DNA of 63,756 nucleotides, the filler included, from Chiloscyllium plagiosum (Eukaryota), in NCBI RefSeq assembly GCF_004010195.1. It is 4 parts of one record of this genome, joined end to end, with 100 filler letters (N's around TTAATTAATTAA, not from the genome) between each part and the next. Parts side by side here need not be neighbours in the genome. Positions count along the whole stretch, not along the records: positions 15,640 to 39,076 come from NC_057716.1; positions 39,177 to 61,121 come from NC_057716.1; 2 more parts are not named here. One strand, given 5' to 3'. A program made the position numbers and the translations under genes. Below are positions 38,438 to 51,690 of the stretch, one piece after another. Under the pieces are notes generated by a model. It was given only the letters and a program-made list of their open reading frames with translations, made no database searches and was not told the DNA's origin. Each line of letters opens with the position of its first letter. Position 1 is the first letter of the stretch.

Positions 38438-38999
38438 GTATGTATGTTGTGCCATTCCCTTCCAATCGGGGTGACTGGTTGGGTGGCTCTGCTGTGTGTT
38501 TGTCTGTAGCAGACAGCTTCCTGGGATGGAGTCATTGACCTCAGCTGCTTCCTCCCTATGGATGAGATTGTTCAGCTGCAATACCCTTCAATTCACAGCA
38601 TCAACTTGATATTTAAAAAGCACCTTTAATGTCATCAGACTTTCCGTGTCTCACTATCTGGCTGTCGCTAATGTATGGGATCTAACCCAGTGTGGATAGC
38701 AGCTCATGAATATAAAGTAATTAAGCAAGCCCAAGATGCATCATCAGACACAGTATGACACCCACTTTTACATTAGGTCAAACAACCAAAAGCTTGGTCA
38801 AAGTGTTAGGTTTTAAGGTCTATTTTGAATGAGGAAAGTGAGGTGGATGTGGTGTAGTGAGGGAATTACTCATACAGCATGGAAACAGACTCTTAAATCC
38901 AACTAGTCCATGCCAACCATAATCCCAAACTAAACTAGAGCTCTGGATTAGTGGTGCTGGAAGAGCACAGCAGTTCAGGCAGCATCCAAGGAACTTCGA

Positions 39000-39035
39000 A
39001 ATTGACGTTTCGGGCAAAAGCCCTTCATCAGGAAT
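39000..39035 (-). ncRNA. Minimal hammerhead ribozyme motif
   Basis: Minus strand: attc-CTGATGA-a-gggc(tttt)gccc-GAA-ACGT-C-aatt. Confidence 0.6.
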
Positions 39036-39076
39036 AAAGGCAGTGAGCCTGGAGCATGGAGAGATAACCTGGAGGA

Positions 39077-39176
39077 NNNNNNNNNNNNNNNNNNNNNNNN
39101 NNNNNNNNNNNNNNNNNNNNTTAATTAATTAANNNNNNNNNNNNNNNNNNNNNNNNNNNNNNNNNNNNNNNNNNNN
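39077..39176. other. Artificial join linker
   Basis: 44 N + TTAATTAATTAA + 44 N. Confidence 0.97.
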
Positions 39177-40004
39177 TGTTGCGAGCATAAGCTCTTCATC
39201 AGGAATGTGTGGGAGTGGGGGTGCAAGGGGGTGGAGCGATAAATAGAACAGGACTGGGGCAGAGGTAGGTAGGAAGGCAATAGGTGGATGCTGGTGGGGG
39301 GTGATGGTGATTGGTCAGAGCGGAGTGTGGAGCGAATAGGTGGGAAGGAAGATAGACATGTGGAACAGTTCAAGAGGGCAGTGCTGAGTTGGAAGGTTGG
39401 ATCTGGGAGGGGGTAGGTGGAGGGGAGATGAGGAAATTGATGAAATTGACGTTGATGCTGTATGGTTGGAGTGTCTCAAGGCAGAAGATGAGGTATTTTT
39501 CCTCCAGTGTCGGGTGGCTTGGATTTAACTGTGGAGGAGACCCAAGACTTGCATATCCTTGGAGGAGCTGGGGGGATTGAAGTCGTCGGCCACAGGGCGG
39601 TGGGGTCTTTGGTTCATGTGTCCCAGAGATGTTCTCTGAAGCACTCAGCAAGTTGGTGTCCTGTCTACACAATGTAGAGGAGACCATATTGAGAGCAATG
39701 GATATAGTACACGTTTTGAACATGGAACAGTACAGCACGGGAACTGGCCCTTTGGTCTGCACAATGACTCCAACTTAAACAAATTTCTTTTGACTGCACA
39801 TGGTCCATATCCCTCCATTCCTTGGTTATTCATATGCTTAAACTCAAGAATTGAAACACACCCATTGTAACTGCCCCACCACTATCCCTAGCAGCGTGTC
39901 CCAGGCATCTATACCTTCAAGTATCAGACATTTCAAGTCTGAAAAAATGATTCTGACTGTTAACCCTACTTATGCCTCTCACAATTATGTTAACGTCTAT
40001 CTTT

Positions 40005-40330
40005 TAGATTAGATTAGATTAGATTACTTACAGTGTGGAAACAGGCCCTTCGGCCCAACAAGTCCACACCGACCCGCCGAAGCGCAACCCACCCATACCC
40101 CCACATTTACCCCTTTTAACCTAACACTATGGGCAATTTAGCATGGCCAATTCACCTGACCTGCACATCTTTGGACTGTGGGAGGAAACCGGAGCACCCG
40201 GAGGAAACCCACGCAGACACGGGGAGAATGTGCAAACTCCACACAGTCAGTCGCCTGAGTCGGGAATTGAACCCGGGTCTCTGGCGCTGTGAGGCAACAG
40301 TGCTAACCACTGTGCCACCGTGCCGCCCAC
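40005..40330 (-). mobile_element. Young V-SINE (HE1-like) with (TAGAT)n tail
   Basis: Intact tRNA head, V domain and simple-repeat tail. Confidence 0.9.
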
Positions 40331-41615
40331 AATTATTTTAATTTCTTTTAATTTCTAAACACACCAGACTTTGATTTGCTCCTACTCAAATGACAACAGA
40401 ACATTGATCATTGCAGCACAGGAACTGATCCTTTTACCCAAGATGTTGTGCTGTGCATTTTACCAAATTAAACTGATCCCTTCTTCCTGCCCATAGTCCA
40501 TATCCGTCCATCCCTTCCTTACTCATGCTTATCTATAAACTCATTAAATGCCCCTATCATACCTGCCTCCACCACCACCCCTGGCAGTGTGTTCCAGGCA
40601 TCTACAATTCCCTGTGTAAAAGACTTGCCCTTCAGATCTCCTTTGATGTTTCACCCACTTTCGTTCATTGCACAGGGTCTAGCATGAGACATTTCAGCTC
40701 TGGGAAGGAGATTCAGACTGTCAGCCCTTTGCCCCTCACAATTATTTAAACTTGTACCAGGTCTCCCCTCTGCCTCAGTTGCTCCAGAGAAAACAATCCT
40801 AGTTTTTCCAACCGCTCCTTCTCGTTCATACTTTCTAACCCATTCGGCATCCATTTCTAGACTTTTGAGGCATCAGAGGGTATGGAGTAAAAGTGGGAAT
40901 ATGGCTTTGAGCTAGAGAATCAGTCATAATTGTATGGCATGCCGGAGCAGACTTGAATGGCTGATGGCATTCTTCAACTCTTAGTTTCTACATCTCCCTC
41001 AATCGCGAATTGTCAAGCTATTCTAAATCCTGGTTTTGGATATACCTCAATGAATGAAGTTCCACATTCCTCTAGTTTGGAGAATTTCAAAGATTTATCA
41101 CCAGCTGAAGGAAAAAATGTCTCCTCATCACCATCAGAAATGGCTTGCTCCTTGTCCTGTGAATAAACCATTGTTGTGGATGCATTTTTCACAACATCAG
41201 TGGCTTGAATGGAAGAAGAGCAGAAAAAAAACTGTGTGTCAGAGCAAAAGCATGCTTGTCCCTCTGAATACCACATTGGTATCTTGCCTTCAGCAGTGTG
41301 ACAGGGTCAGTCTTACAGTAACACAAACCAAAAAGAGCACTGTGGTCAGGGATTCTCCACAACCAGCCTCTTTCTGCTTTTCCCTGCTCTGTCTATGTCT
41401 CCAGTGCGCTCTTGCTGTTTATGTTTCCTCCTTCCTAGCCTCCTCCTCCCAGCCTCGCCCATTTTCTCTTCCTATCCCTCATTTTCATTCTTTCACTTCC
41501 CTTTTTTTCTCTCCATTTAGATCTTCCCTCCTCAAATATGCCAATTTGTCTCCCTCCCCCTTTCTTCTCACATTCTCTCACATACTTTGTCTCTCTCCAT
41601 TTGTGTTGTATCTAG

Positions 41616-41885
41616 TGCCTCCGGTAAGAATCATTAACAGTTCATCTCCGGTATTGAGTGTACTGACCGGGGCTGAGGTTGTCCTGTCATGTGAGCTCTC
41701 TCGGCCCAAGGCTGAGGTGAGATGGTACAAGGATGGGATTGAGCTGAAGCGGAACAAGAACTGCAGGATGGAGGTGGATGGAATTCGCAGGAGACTGACC
41801 ATCCGCCAGGTTACAGTGGGGGACGGAGGGTTATATCTGTGTGATGCAGTCGACGACTCGGCCAAGTTTGAAGTGACTGTGTCCG
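41616..41885 (+). CDS. OBSL1: OBSL1-like Ig I-set exon, copy A
   Basis: 270-nt phase 1-1 exon: PPVRII...VVLSCELSRPKAEVRWYKDG...RRLTI...DGGLYLCDAVDDSAKFEVTVS. The EPPVRI and DDSAxFxVTV signatures recall the OBSL1 repeats; OBSCN is not excluded. Confidence 0.75.
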
Positions 41886-42677
41886 GTGAGTCTTAAGTGA
41901 AACCATACTTGAACCATTGAAATTCCTTCCTCTGCGTTGGGCTGGGTGGGTCACTGCTGTCATTCAGATTTATAACAGACAATACAGAGAACCCCCTTCA
42001 GGATCTCAGGAATGTATTTTCACACATCCAGAAGTCATGTCTTCTTGCAGAAGCAAAACTGCCATGGAATTGAGAAAATCCGTCATTGTCTGATGCTTGT
42101 CATGAGTTGGGGAAACAGATAGTTCATCTTTAATTGGGATACCAGGAAGTGATCTCAAGGATAAGGTGCAGGAGTAGGATATTTGGCCTCTCGAGCCTGA
42201 CTTGAGATTGAACCTTTGCCTAAAGCCAACTTTCCAGGCCACTTTAGACTCTTGTGGTATCATCCCTACCTCAGACCTAGACCCAGGTTCTAATCCCAAT
42301 TGAAGTGTGTCACGCCACATTTATACAGGTTGATTGAAATTGTCATTTCACTTGTAGTGGGTCAGAGCCTTGCGTGTTTTGGTTATAAGAATGAGAAGCA
42401 TTTAGAAGATAGGACAGTACAGCACAGGAACTGGCCCTTTAGCCCATGATGTTGTGCCGAACGTGGTGCCAAATTAAACAAACCCCTTTGTCTGGCCATG
42501 GTCCTTATCCCCCGATTCCTTGCTTATCCATGTGCTCATCTGAAAGCATTGAAACACCTTATCGTATTGGCCCACAACTATCCCTGGCAGCGTGCTCCAA
42601 GCATCTACCACTCTGTATAAAAAAACTTGTCCCTCACATTTCCTTTCAAATTGTCCCCTCTTATTTTAAATGCATGC

Positions 42678-44400
42678 TTGAATGTGGACCCTGTGGAGAT
42701 CGGAGCGGTGCTAAATGAACATTTCTCATCGGTTTTCACTCAGGAAAAGGAGAGTATTGTGTAGGAGAAGAATGAGATACGCGATATTAGACTAGAAAGG
42801 ATCGAAGTTAGTTACAAAGAGGTGCTATCAGTTCTAGAAGGAGTGAAAGTAGACAAGTACCCTGGGCCGGATGGGATTTATCCGAGGATTCTCTGGGAAG
42901 CTAGGCAGGAGATAGCAGAGCCTTTGGCTTTGATATTGGAGTCGTCATTGTCTACAGGTTTAGTACCAGAGGACTGGAGGATTGCAAATGTTGTGCTCTT
43001 GATCAAGAAGGACAGTAGAGATGACCCAGGTAATTATAGACTAGTGAGCCTTGGTTCTGTTGTAGGAAAAGTGTTGGAAAGGATTATAAGAGATAAGATT
43101 TATAACCATCTAGCGAGCAACAATTTGATTTCAGATAGTCAACATGGTTTCGTCAAGGGTAGGTCCTGTCTCACAAATCTCATTGAGTTTTTTGAGAAGG
43201 TGACCAAGCATGTAGGTGAGGGTAGGGCAGTTGACGTGGTATACATGGACTTCAGTAAAGCTTTTGATAAGGTCCCACATAGTAGGCTGTTGGAGAAAAC
43301 GTAGAGGCGTAGGATTGAGGGAGATTTAGCAGTTTGGATTAGAAACTGGCTATCTGTAAGAAGGCAGCGAGTGGTGGTTGATGGAAAATATTCAGCCTGG
43401 AGTCCAGTTACTAGTAGTGTGCTGCAAGAATCTGTTTTGGGACCACTGCTGTTTGTCATTTTTATAAATGACTTAGACACAGGCATCGGTGGATGGATTA
43501 GTAAATTTGCAGACGACACTAAAGTCGGTGGAGTAGCAGACAGTGTGGAAGAATGTTGCAGGTTGCAGGGGGACTTGGATAAACTGCATAATTGGAATGA
43601 GAGGTGGCAAATGGAGTTCAATGCAGCTAAATGTGAGGTGATGCATTTGGGAAGAATAACAAGAAGGCAGAATACTGGGTCAATGGAAAGATTCTTGGTA
43701 GTGTGGATGTGCAGAGAGATCTTGGAGTCCATGTACATAGATCCTTGAAAGTTGTCACCCAGGTTGATAGTGCTGTTAAGAAGGCATACAGTGTGTTAGG
43801 TCTCATCAATAGAGGGATTGAGTTCCGGAGCCGCAATATCATGCTGCAATTATACAAAACACTAGTGCGGCTGCACTTGGAATATTGTGTACAGTTCTGG
43901 TTGCCCCATTACAGGAAATATGTGGAAGCATTGGAAAAGGTGCAGAGGAGATTTACCAGGATTTTGCCTGGTCTGGAGGGAAGTTATTATGAGGAAAGGC
44001 TGAAGACTTGGGTGTGTTCTCATTGGAAAGAAGAAGGCTAAGAGGGGATTTGATAGAGACATATAAGATGATCAGAGGATTAGATAGGGTAGAAAGCGAA
44101 AGTCTTTTTCCTAGGAAGATGACGTCAGCTTGTACAAGGGGGCATAATTACAAATTGAGGGATAATAGATTTAAGACAGATGTCAGAGGGAGGTTCTTTA
44201 CTCAGAGAGTGGTAAGGGCGTGGAATGCCCTGCCTGCCAATGTAATTAACTCAGCCACATTAGGGAGATTTAATCAATCCTTGGATAAGCACATGGATGA
44301 TGATAGGATATTGTAGAGAGACGAGCTGAGAATAGTTCACAGGTCGGTGCAACATTGAGGGCTGAAGGGCCTTTTCTGTTCTGTATTGTTCTATGTTCTA
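42678..44400 (+). mobile_element. 5'-truncated CR1 in the A-B intron
   Basis: Nearly intact RT (ORFs 42822..44316) ending in (gttctat)n. Confidence 0.93.
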
Positions 44401-45415
44401 TGCCCTCAAGTATGAGAAATTCCAAGTCTTGGAAAATGATTCTGACTGTCAAATCTATTTATACCTCTTATAATTTTATGCATGACTGCATAATTTTATG
44501 TCCTTAGCCTGCTCCTTCAGAAAAAACAACCTTAATTTGTCAGCCTGTCCTGAAAGTCATACCCTCTAATTCAGGCAACATCCACTTCTCAATTTTCTAG
44601 GCATCAAAGGGTATGGGCTGAAAGCAGGAACATGCCATTGAGGTTGAGGATCAGCTGTAATTGTATGGAATGACAGAGCAGCCTTGAAACACTGAATGTC
44701 TTACATCAGCTCTTAGTTTTCACACTTCCCTCAATTGTGAAGAGTCAAACAATCTCTCAATCCTACTCTTGAATGTACCTCAATGAGTGTGGATCCACAT
44801 TCCTGTGGTGTGAAGAATTCCAAAGATGTGTTATGTCCTGAGGGAAGAAATGTCTCTGGGTCACTGTCTAAAATAGCTGGTTCTTAATCCTGCGATTAGC
44901 CCATTGTGGATATATTTTTCACAATATCAGTGGCCCTAATGGAAGAAGAGCAGAAACAAAACATTGTGTGTCAGAACAGGAGCATTCCTGTCCATCTGAA
45001 CACATATCAATATCTCACCTTGCCCAAAGAGACAGGATCACTATTTCTGTAACACGAACCAAGGAGAGCACTGTGGACAGGGATTCTTCATGCTTCACTC
45101 TTTCTGTTTTTCCCGTCTCGGTCCAAGTCTCCAACACAATCTCACTGTTTATGTTTTGATGAGGCAGTGCTGGTGATGGTCTGGGGTGGACAAAGTTATA
45201 AATCACACAACACCAGGTTATAGTAAAACAGGTACTTAGTATAACCAAGTGTTGTGTGTTTATGTTTCGCCCTTCCTTGTCTCTTCCTCACAACCTCTCT
45301 AATTTTCTTTCATTTCCCACATTCTTATTCTGTCACTTTTTCTCTTTTATCCTCTTCTCTATTTCACTCTCTCTATCTATATCTTCCTCCCTCATATCCC
45401 CCAACTGCTGTCTCT

Positions 45416-45452
<37 letters not shown>

Positions 45453-45457
45453 CCCAG

Positions 45458-45727
45458 AGTCTCCGGTAAGAATCATAAACAGCTCCTCTCCAGTATTGAA
45501 TGTGCTGACTGGGAATGAGGTTGTCCTGTCATGTGAGCTGTCACGGCCCACGGTCGAAGTGAGATGGTACAAGGATGGGGTGGAGGTGGAGCGGAATGAG
45601 AAATGCACAATGGAGGTGGACGGAAGACGCAGGAGGCTCACCATCCAGCAGGTTACAGTGGGGGACCGAGGAACTTACGTGTGTGATGCAGTCGACGACT
45701 CAGCAAAGTTTGAAGTGGCCGTGTCCG
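45458..45727 (+). CDS. OBSL1: OBSL1-like Ig exon, copy B
   Basis: 270 nt, AG/GTGAGT boundaries, both Ig Cys and the Trp intact. Confidence 0.75.
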
Positions 45728-47672
45728 GTGAGTGCTAAGTCAAGCCATGCTCAAACCATTGACATTATTCTCTCTTGGTCAGGATGGGAGCACTGCTGTC
45801 ATTCAGATTTATAATAGGAGTCGCAGAGAACTCCCTTCAGGATCTCAGGAATGTGTTTTAACGCAACCATATGCTGGAGAGCCAAAACTGCCTTGGAATT
45901 GAGAAAATCCACCATTGTCTGATGTTTGTAGTGAGTTGTGGAAACAGGCAGTTAGTCTTTAATTAGGATACCAGGGCAAGATCTCAAGGATAAGGAACAG
46001 GAGTAGGACATTTGAACTCTCGAGCCAGCCCTGACTTTCAATTTGATCATGATTGTGGCCAACCTTCCAGGCCACCTAGGGCTCTTGTGGTGCAAAAGTC
46101 GAATCCCTACCTCAGACATAGAATGTTCTAATCCGAATTGAATTATATCATACCACATCTATGCAGCTTGATTAAAATTGCCATTTCAGTGGTAGTGGGT
46201 CAGACAAACATGGCGCCAAATTAAACAAATTCCTTTTGTCTGGCCTGGTCATGTTCCATATCCCTTCATTCTGTGTTTATTCATGTGCTTACCTGAAAGC
46301 ATTGAAACACCCTGACCGTATCTGGCCCATCACTATCCCTGGCAACGTGTTCTAAGTGTATACCACTCTGTGTAAAAAACACTTGTGGAATATTGGGTAC
46401 AATTCTGGTCTCCTTCCTATCGGAAAGATGTTGTGAAACCTGAAAGGGTTCAGAAAAGATTTGCAAGGATGTTGCCAGGGTTGCAGGATTTGAGCTATAT
46501 GGAGAGGTTGAATAGGCTGGAGCTGTTTTCCCTGGACCAACGGAGGCTGAGGCGTGACCTTATAGAGGGTTATAAAATCATGAGGGGCATGGATAGGATA
46601 AATAGACAAAGTCTTTTCCCTGGGAGATCCAGAACTAGATATAAAAGAGATCTAACAACATTTTAACGCAGAGGGTGGTATGTGGATGGAAAGAGCTGCC
46701 AGAGGAAGCGTTAGAGGCTGGTACAATTACAACATTTAAAAGACAATTGGATGGGCATATGAATAGGAAGGGTTTGGAGGGATATGGGCCGGGTGCTGGC
46801 AGGTGGGACTAGATTGGGTTGGGATATCTGGTCGGCATGAACAAGTTGGACCGAAGGGTCTGTTTCCATGCTGTACATCTCTATGACTCTATGACTTGCC
46901 TCTCACATCTCCTTTCAACTTTCCCCTCCAATCTTAAATGTATGCCCTCAAGTATTAGATATTTCAAGTCTTGGGAAATGTTTCTGACTGTCAACCCTAT
47001 CCATGCCTCTCGTAATTTTATAAACTTCTATCAGGTCTCCCTGAGTGCTGCTCCAGAGAAAACAACTGTAGTATGTCCTGAAAGCTAATACCCTCTCATC
47101 CAGGCAGCATCCACTTCTTGATGTACAAGCATCAAAGTTATGGTGAAAAAGCAGGAATATGGCATTGAGACAGAGGATCAGCCATAATTGAATTGAAGAG
47201 AAGCCTTGAAGCGCTGAATGACTTACTTCAGCTCTTAGGTTTTACAATTCCCCTCAGCTGTGAAGAGTCAAGCAATCTCTCAATTCCACTCTTGAATACA
47301 CCTCAATGAGTGTGGATCCACATTCCTGTGGTGTGGAATATTCCAAAGGATGGTTATTTCCTGAGGGGAAGAAAGTTCTCCTGTTCATTGTCTGAAATGG
47401 TTGGCTCCTAATCCTGTGACTATCCCATTGTTGTGGATGTTTTTTTCACAACATCAGGGCCATAATGGAAGAACAGCAGAAAAAAAACTTTGTCACAACA
47501 AGAGCATTCTTGTACTTCTGAACAGCGTATCAATATGTCACATTGAGCAGAGTAACAGGTTCACTATTACTGTAACACAAACCAAAGACAGCTCTGTGGA
47601 CAGGGATTCTACACAATTTGCTCATTTTGCTTTTCTCCTGTCTGTCCAGTTTCCAATGAACTCTCACTGTTT

Positions 47673-50600
47673 ATAGAGTCAGAGAGATGTACAGCATGGA
47701 AACAGACCCTTCGGTCCAACCCGTCCATGCCGACCAGATACCCCAACCCAACCTAGTCCCACCTGCCAGCAACCGGCCCATATCCCTCCAAATCTTTTCC
47801 ATTCATATACCCATCCAATTGCCTTTTAAATGTTGCAATTCTACCAGCCTCCACCACTTCCTCTGGCAGCTCATTCCATACACGTACCACCCTCTGTGTG
47901 AAAAAGTTGCCCCTTAAGTCTCTATAATATCTTTCCCCTCTCACCTTAAACCTATGCCCTCTAGTTCTGGACTCCCCGACCCCAGGGAAAAGACTTTGCC
48001 TTTTTATACTATCCATGCCCCTCATAATTTTGTAAACCTCTATAAGGTCACCCCTCAGCCTCTGACACTCCAGGGAAAACAGCCCCAGCCTGTTCAGCCT
48101 CTCCCTATAGGTCAAACACTCCAACTCTGGCAACATCCTTGTCAATCTTTTCTGAACCCTTTCAAATTTCACAACATCTTTCCGATAGGAAGGAGACCAG
48201 AATTGCATGCAATATTCCAACAGTGGCCNNNNNNNNNNNNNNNNNNNNNNNNNNNNNNNNNNNNNNNNNNNNNNNNNNNNNNNNNNNNNNNNNNNNNNNN
48301 NNNNNNNNNNNNNNNNNNNNNNNNNNNNNNNNNNNNNNNNNNNNNNNNNNNNNNNNNNNNNNNNNNNNNNNNNNNNNNNNNNNNNNNNNNNNNNNNNNNN
48401 NNNNNNNNNNNNNNNNNNNNNNNNNNNNNNNNNNNNNNNNNNNNNNNNNATTCCCGATGAAGGGCTTTTGCCCGAAACGTCGATTTTGCTGAAGCTCCTC
48501 GGATGCTGCCTGAACTGCTGTGCTCTTCCAGAACCATTGATCCAGAATCTGGTTTCCAGCATCTGCAGTCATTGTTTTTACCTTCCATCTGCCACTTCTC
48601 AGCCCATTGGTCCATCTAGTCAAGATCCTGTTGTAATCTGAGGTAACCTTCTTCGCTGTCCATGACACCTCCAATTTTGGAGTCTTCTGCAAACTTACTA
48701 ACTGTACCTCTTATGCTCACATCCCAATCATTTATATAAACGATGAGAAGTAGAGGACCCAGCACCAATCCTTGTGGCATTCCACTGGTCACAGGCCTCC
48801 AGTCTGAAAAACAACCCTCCACCACCACCCTCTGTCTTCTATTTTGAGCCAGTTCTGTATCCAAATGGCTAGTTCTCCCTGTATTCCATGCGATCTAACC
48901 TTGCTAACCAGTCTCCCTTGGGGAACCTTGGTGAATGCCTTACTGATGTCTATATAGATCACATCTACCGCTCTGCCCTCATCAACCCACTCTGTTACTT
49001 CCTCAAAAAACTCAATCAAGTTTGTGAGACATAATTTCCCATGCACAAAGCAATGTTGACTACCCATAATTAACCCTTGCCTTTCCAAATATATGTACAT
49101 CATGTCCCTCAGGATTCCCTCCAACAACTTGCCCACCACTGATGTAAGGCTCACTGGCCTATAGTTCCCTGGCTTGTCCTTACCATCCTTCTTAAACAGT
49201 GGCACCACGTTAGCCAACCTCCAGTCTTCCGGCACCTCACCTGTGACTCTCAATGATACAAATATCTCAGCAAGAGGTCCAGCAATGACTTCTCTAGCTT
49301 CCCACAGAGTTCTAGGGTACTCCTGATCAGGTCCTGGGGATTTATCCACCTTTATGTGTTTCAAGACATCCAGCACTTCCTCCTCTGTCCTAATCTGGAC
49401 ATTTTGCAAGATGTCACCATCTATTTCCCTACAGTCTATATCTGCCATATCCTTTTTCACAGTAAATACTGATGCAAAATACTCATTTAATATCTCCGCC
49501 ATTTTCTGTGGCTCCACACAAAGGCCACCTTGCTGATTTTTGAGGGGCCCTATTCTGTCCCTAATTATCCTTTTGTCCTTAATGTATTTGTAAAAACTCT
49601 TTTTGGATTCTCCTTAATTCTATTTGCCAAAGCTTTCGGGAAAGCAAATCTTAGCAGGATTTATATACTTCATGGTAAGGTCCCAGGGAGCGTTGCTGAA
49701 CAAAGAGACCTTGAAGTGCAGGTTCATAGCTCCTTGAAAGTGGAGTTGCAGGTAGTTTATTGGTCAGAGTATTGAGTACAGGAGTTGGGAGGTCATGTTA
49801 CGGCTGTACCGGACATTGGTTCGGCCACTGTTGGAATATTGCATGCAATTCTGGTCTCCTTCTTATCAGAAAGATGTTGTGAAACTAGAAAGGGTTCAGA
49901 AAAGATTGACAAGGATGTTGCCAGGGTTGGAGGATTTGAGCTATAGGGAGAGGCTGAACAGGCTGGGGCTGTTTTCCCTGGAGTGTCGGAGGCTGAGGGA
50001 TGACCTTATAGAGGTTTACAAAATTTTGAGGGGCATGGATAGTATAAATAGGCAAAGTCTTTTCCCTGTGGTCAGGGAATCCAGAACTAGAAGGCATCGG
50101 TTTAGGGTGAGAGGGGAAAGATATAAAAGAGATCTACGGCGCAACGTTTTCACACAGAGGGTGGAGAGGCTGAACAGGCTGGGGTGGTTTTCCCTGGAGC
50201 GTCGGAGGCTGAGGGGTGACCTTATAGAGGTTTACAAAATTATGAGGGGCATGGATAGGATAAATAGGCAAAGTCTTTTCCCTGGGGTGATGGAGTCCGG
50301 AACAAGAGGACAGAAGTTTAGGGTGAGAGAGGGAAGACATAAAACAGACCTAAGGCGCAACTTTTTCACACAGAGGGTGATACGTGTATGGTGTATGGAA
50401 TGAGCTGCCAGAGGAAGAGGTGGAGGCTGGTACAATTGCAACATTTAAGAGGCATTTGGATGGGTATATGAATAGGAAAGGTTTGGAGGGATATGGATCG
50501 GGTGGTGGCAGGTGGGACTAGATTGGGTTTGGGGTATCTGGTCGGCATGAATGGGTTGGACCGAAGGGTCTGTTTCCATGCTGTACATCTCTATGACTTT

Positions 50601-51150
50601 AAGAAGGTGTTTGATATGTTTTCCTTTATTGATCAGAGTTTGAGTACAAGAGTTGGGAGGTCATGTGCAGCTGTACAGGACATTGGTTAGGCCACTTTTG
50701 GAATACTGCATGCAATTCTGGTCTCCTTCATATCGGAAATATGTTGTGAAACTTGAAAGGGTTCAGAAAAGATTTACAAGGATGTCTATGGGGGGGTCTA
50801 TAATACAATCCCAATAAGGGGATCATCCCTTTCTTATTTCTCAGATTCACCCAACTGACCTCCCTGGATGTATTTCCGGGAATATCCTCCCTCAGCACAG
50901 CTGTAATGCTATCCCTTATCAAAAATGCCACTCCCCCTCCGCTCTTGCCTCCCTTTCTATCCTTCCTGTAGCATTTGTATCCTGGAACATTAAGCTGCCA
51001 GTCCTGCCCATCCCTGAGCCATGTTTCTGTAATAGCTATAATATCCCAGTCCAAAGTTCCTAACCATGCCTTGAGTTCATCTGTCTTCCCTGTTAGGCCC
51101 TTTGCATTGAAATAAATGCAGTTTAATTTATTAGTCCTACCTTGGCCCTG
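47673..51150. mobile_element. Rearranged CR1 cluster in the B-C intron (minus, plus, minus segments; PLE fragment at 48450-48583)
   Basis: RT on minus 47673-49633, RT C-terminus on plus 49634-50785, endonuclease N-terminus on minus 50786-51150. Confidence 0.88.
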
Positions 51151-51421
51151 CTTGTTTAACACGGCTTCTGTTTTATGTTTCATCCTTCCTTGTCTCTTTC
51201 TCACAATACTTCTAATTTTCTGTTCCTTTCTCTATTCCTATACTCTCACTTTTTCTCTTCTTTCCTCTTCCCTATTTCAGTCTCTCCATTTGCATCTTCC
51301 TCCCTCACATCTTCGAATTACTGTATCTGTGTGTGTGTGTGTCTCTCTCTGTCTCGCACTTTCTCACTCTCTCTCTCTCTCATGCTGTTCCTCTCTCTTC
51401 CTCTCTTTGTGTTGGATCCAG

Positions 51422-51690
51422 AGCCTCCAGTAAGGATTATGAATAGTTCCACCCAGTATTGAGCATACTGACTGGGAGTGAGGTTGTTCTGTTATGTGAG
51501 CTCTCTCAGCCCAATGCCGAGGTGAGATGGTTCAAGGACGGTGTGAAGGTGGAGCGGAATGAGAAATGCACAATGGAAATGGAGGGAAGACACAGAAGGC
51601 TGACTATCCGCCAGGTTACATTGGGGGACCAAGGGATGTACCTGTGTGATGCAGTTGATGACTCAGCCAAGTTTGAAGTGACTGTGTCTA
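51422..51690 (+). pseudogene. OBSL1-like Ig exon, copy C, 1-nt deletion (pseudoexon or assembly error)
   Basis: 269 nt. tccacccagtattg is one base shorter than tcatctccggtattg in copy A, giving an early TGA at 51460-51462. Splice sites are intact. Confidence 0.65.

Noticed and set aside
38363..41885. STK11IP-Ig fusion gene
   Set aside because: A synthetic linker separates the parts and the exon phases are incompatible (0 versus 1).
41054..41896. Hydrophobic N-termini on the Ig ORFs suggesting single-exon membrane or secreted Ig receptors
   Set aside because: The F/L/S-rich stretches are translated polypyrimidine tracts. The true exons have AG/GT boundaries.
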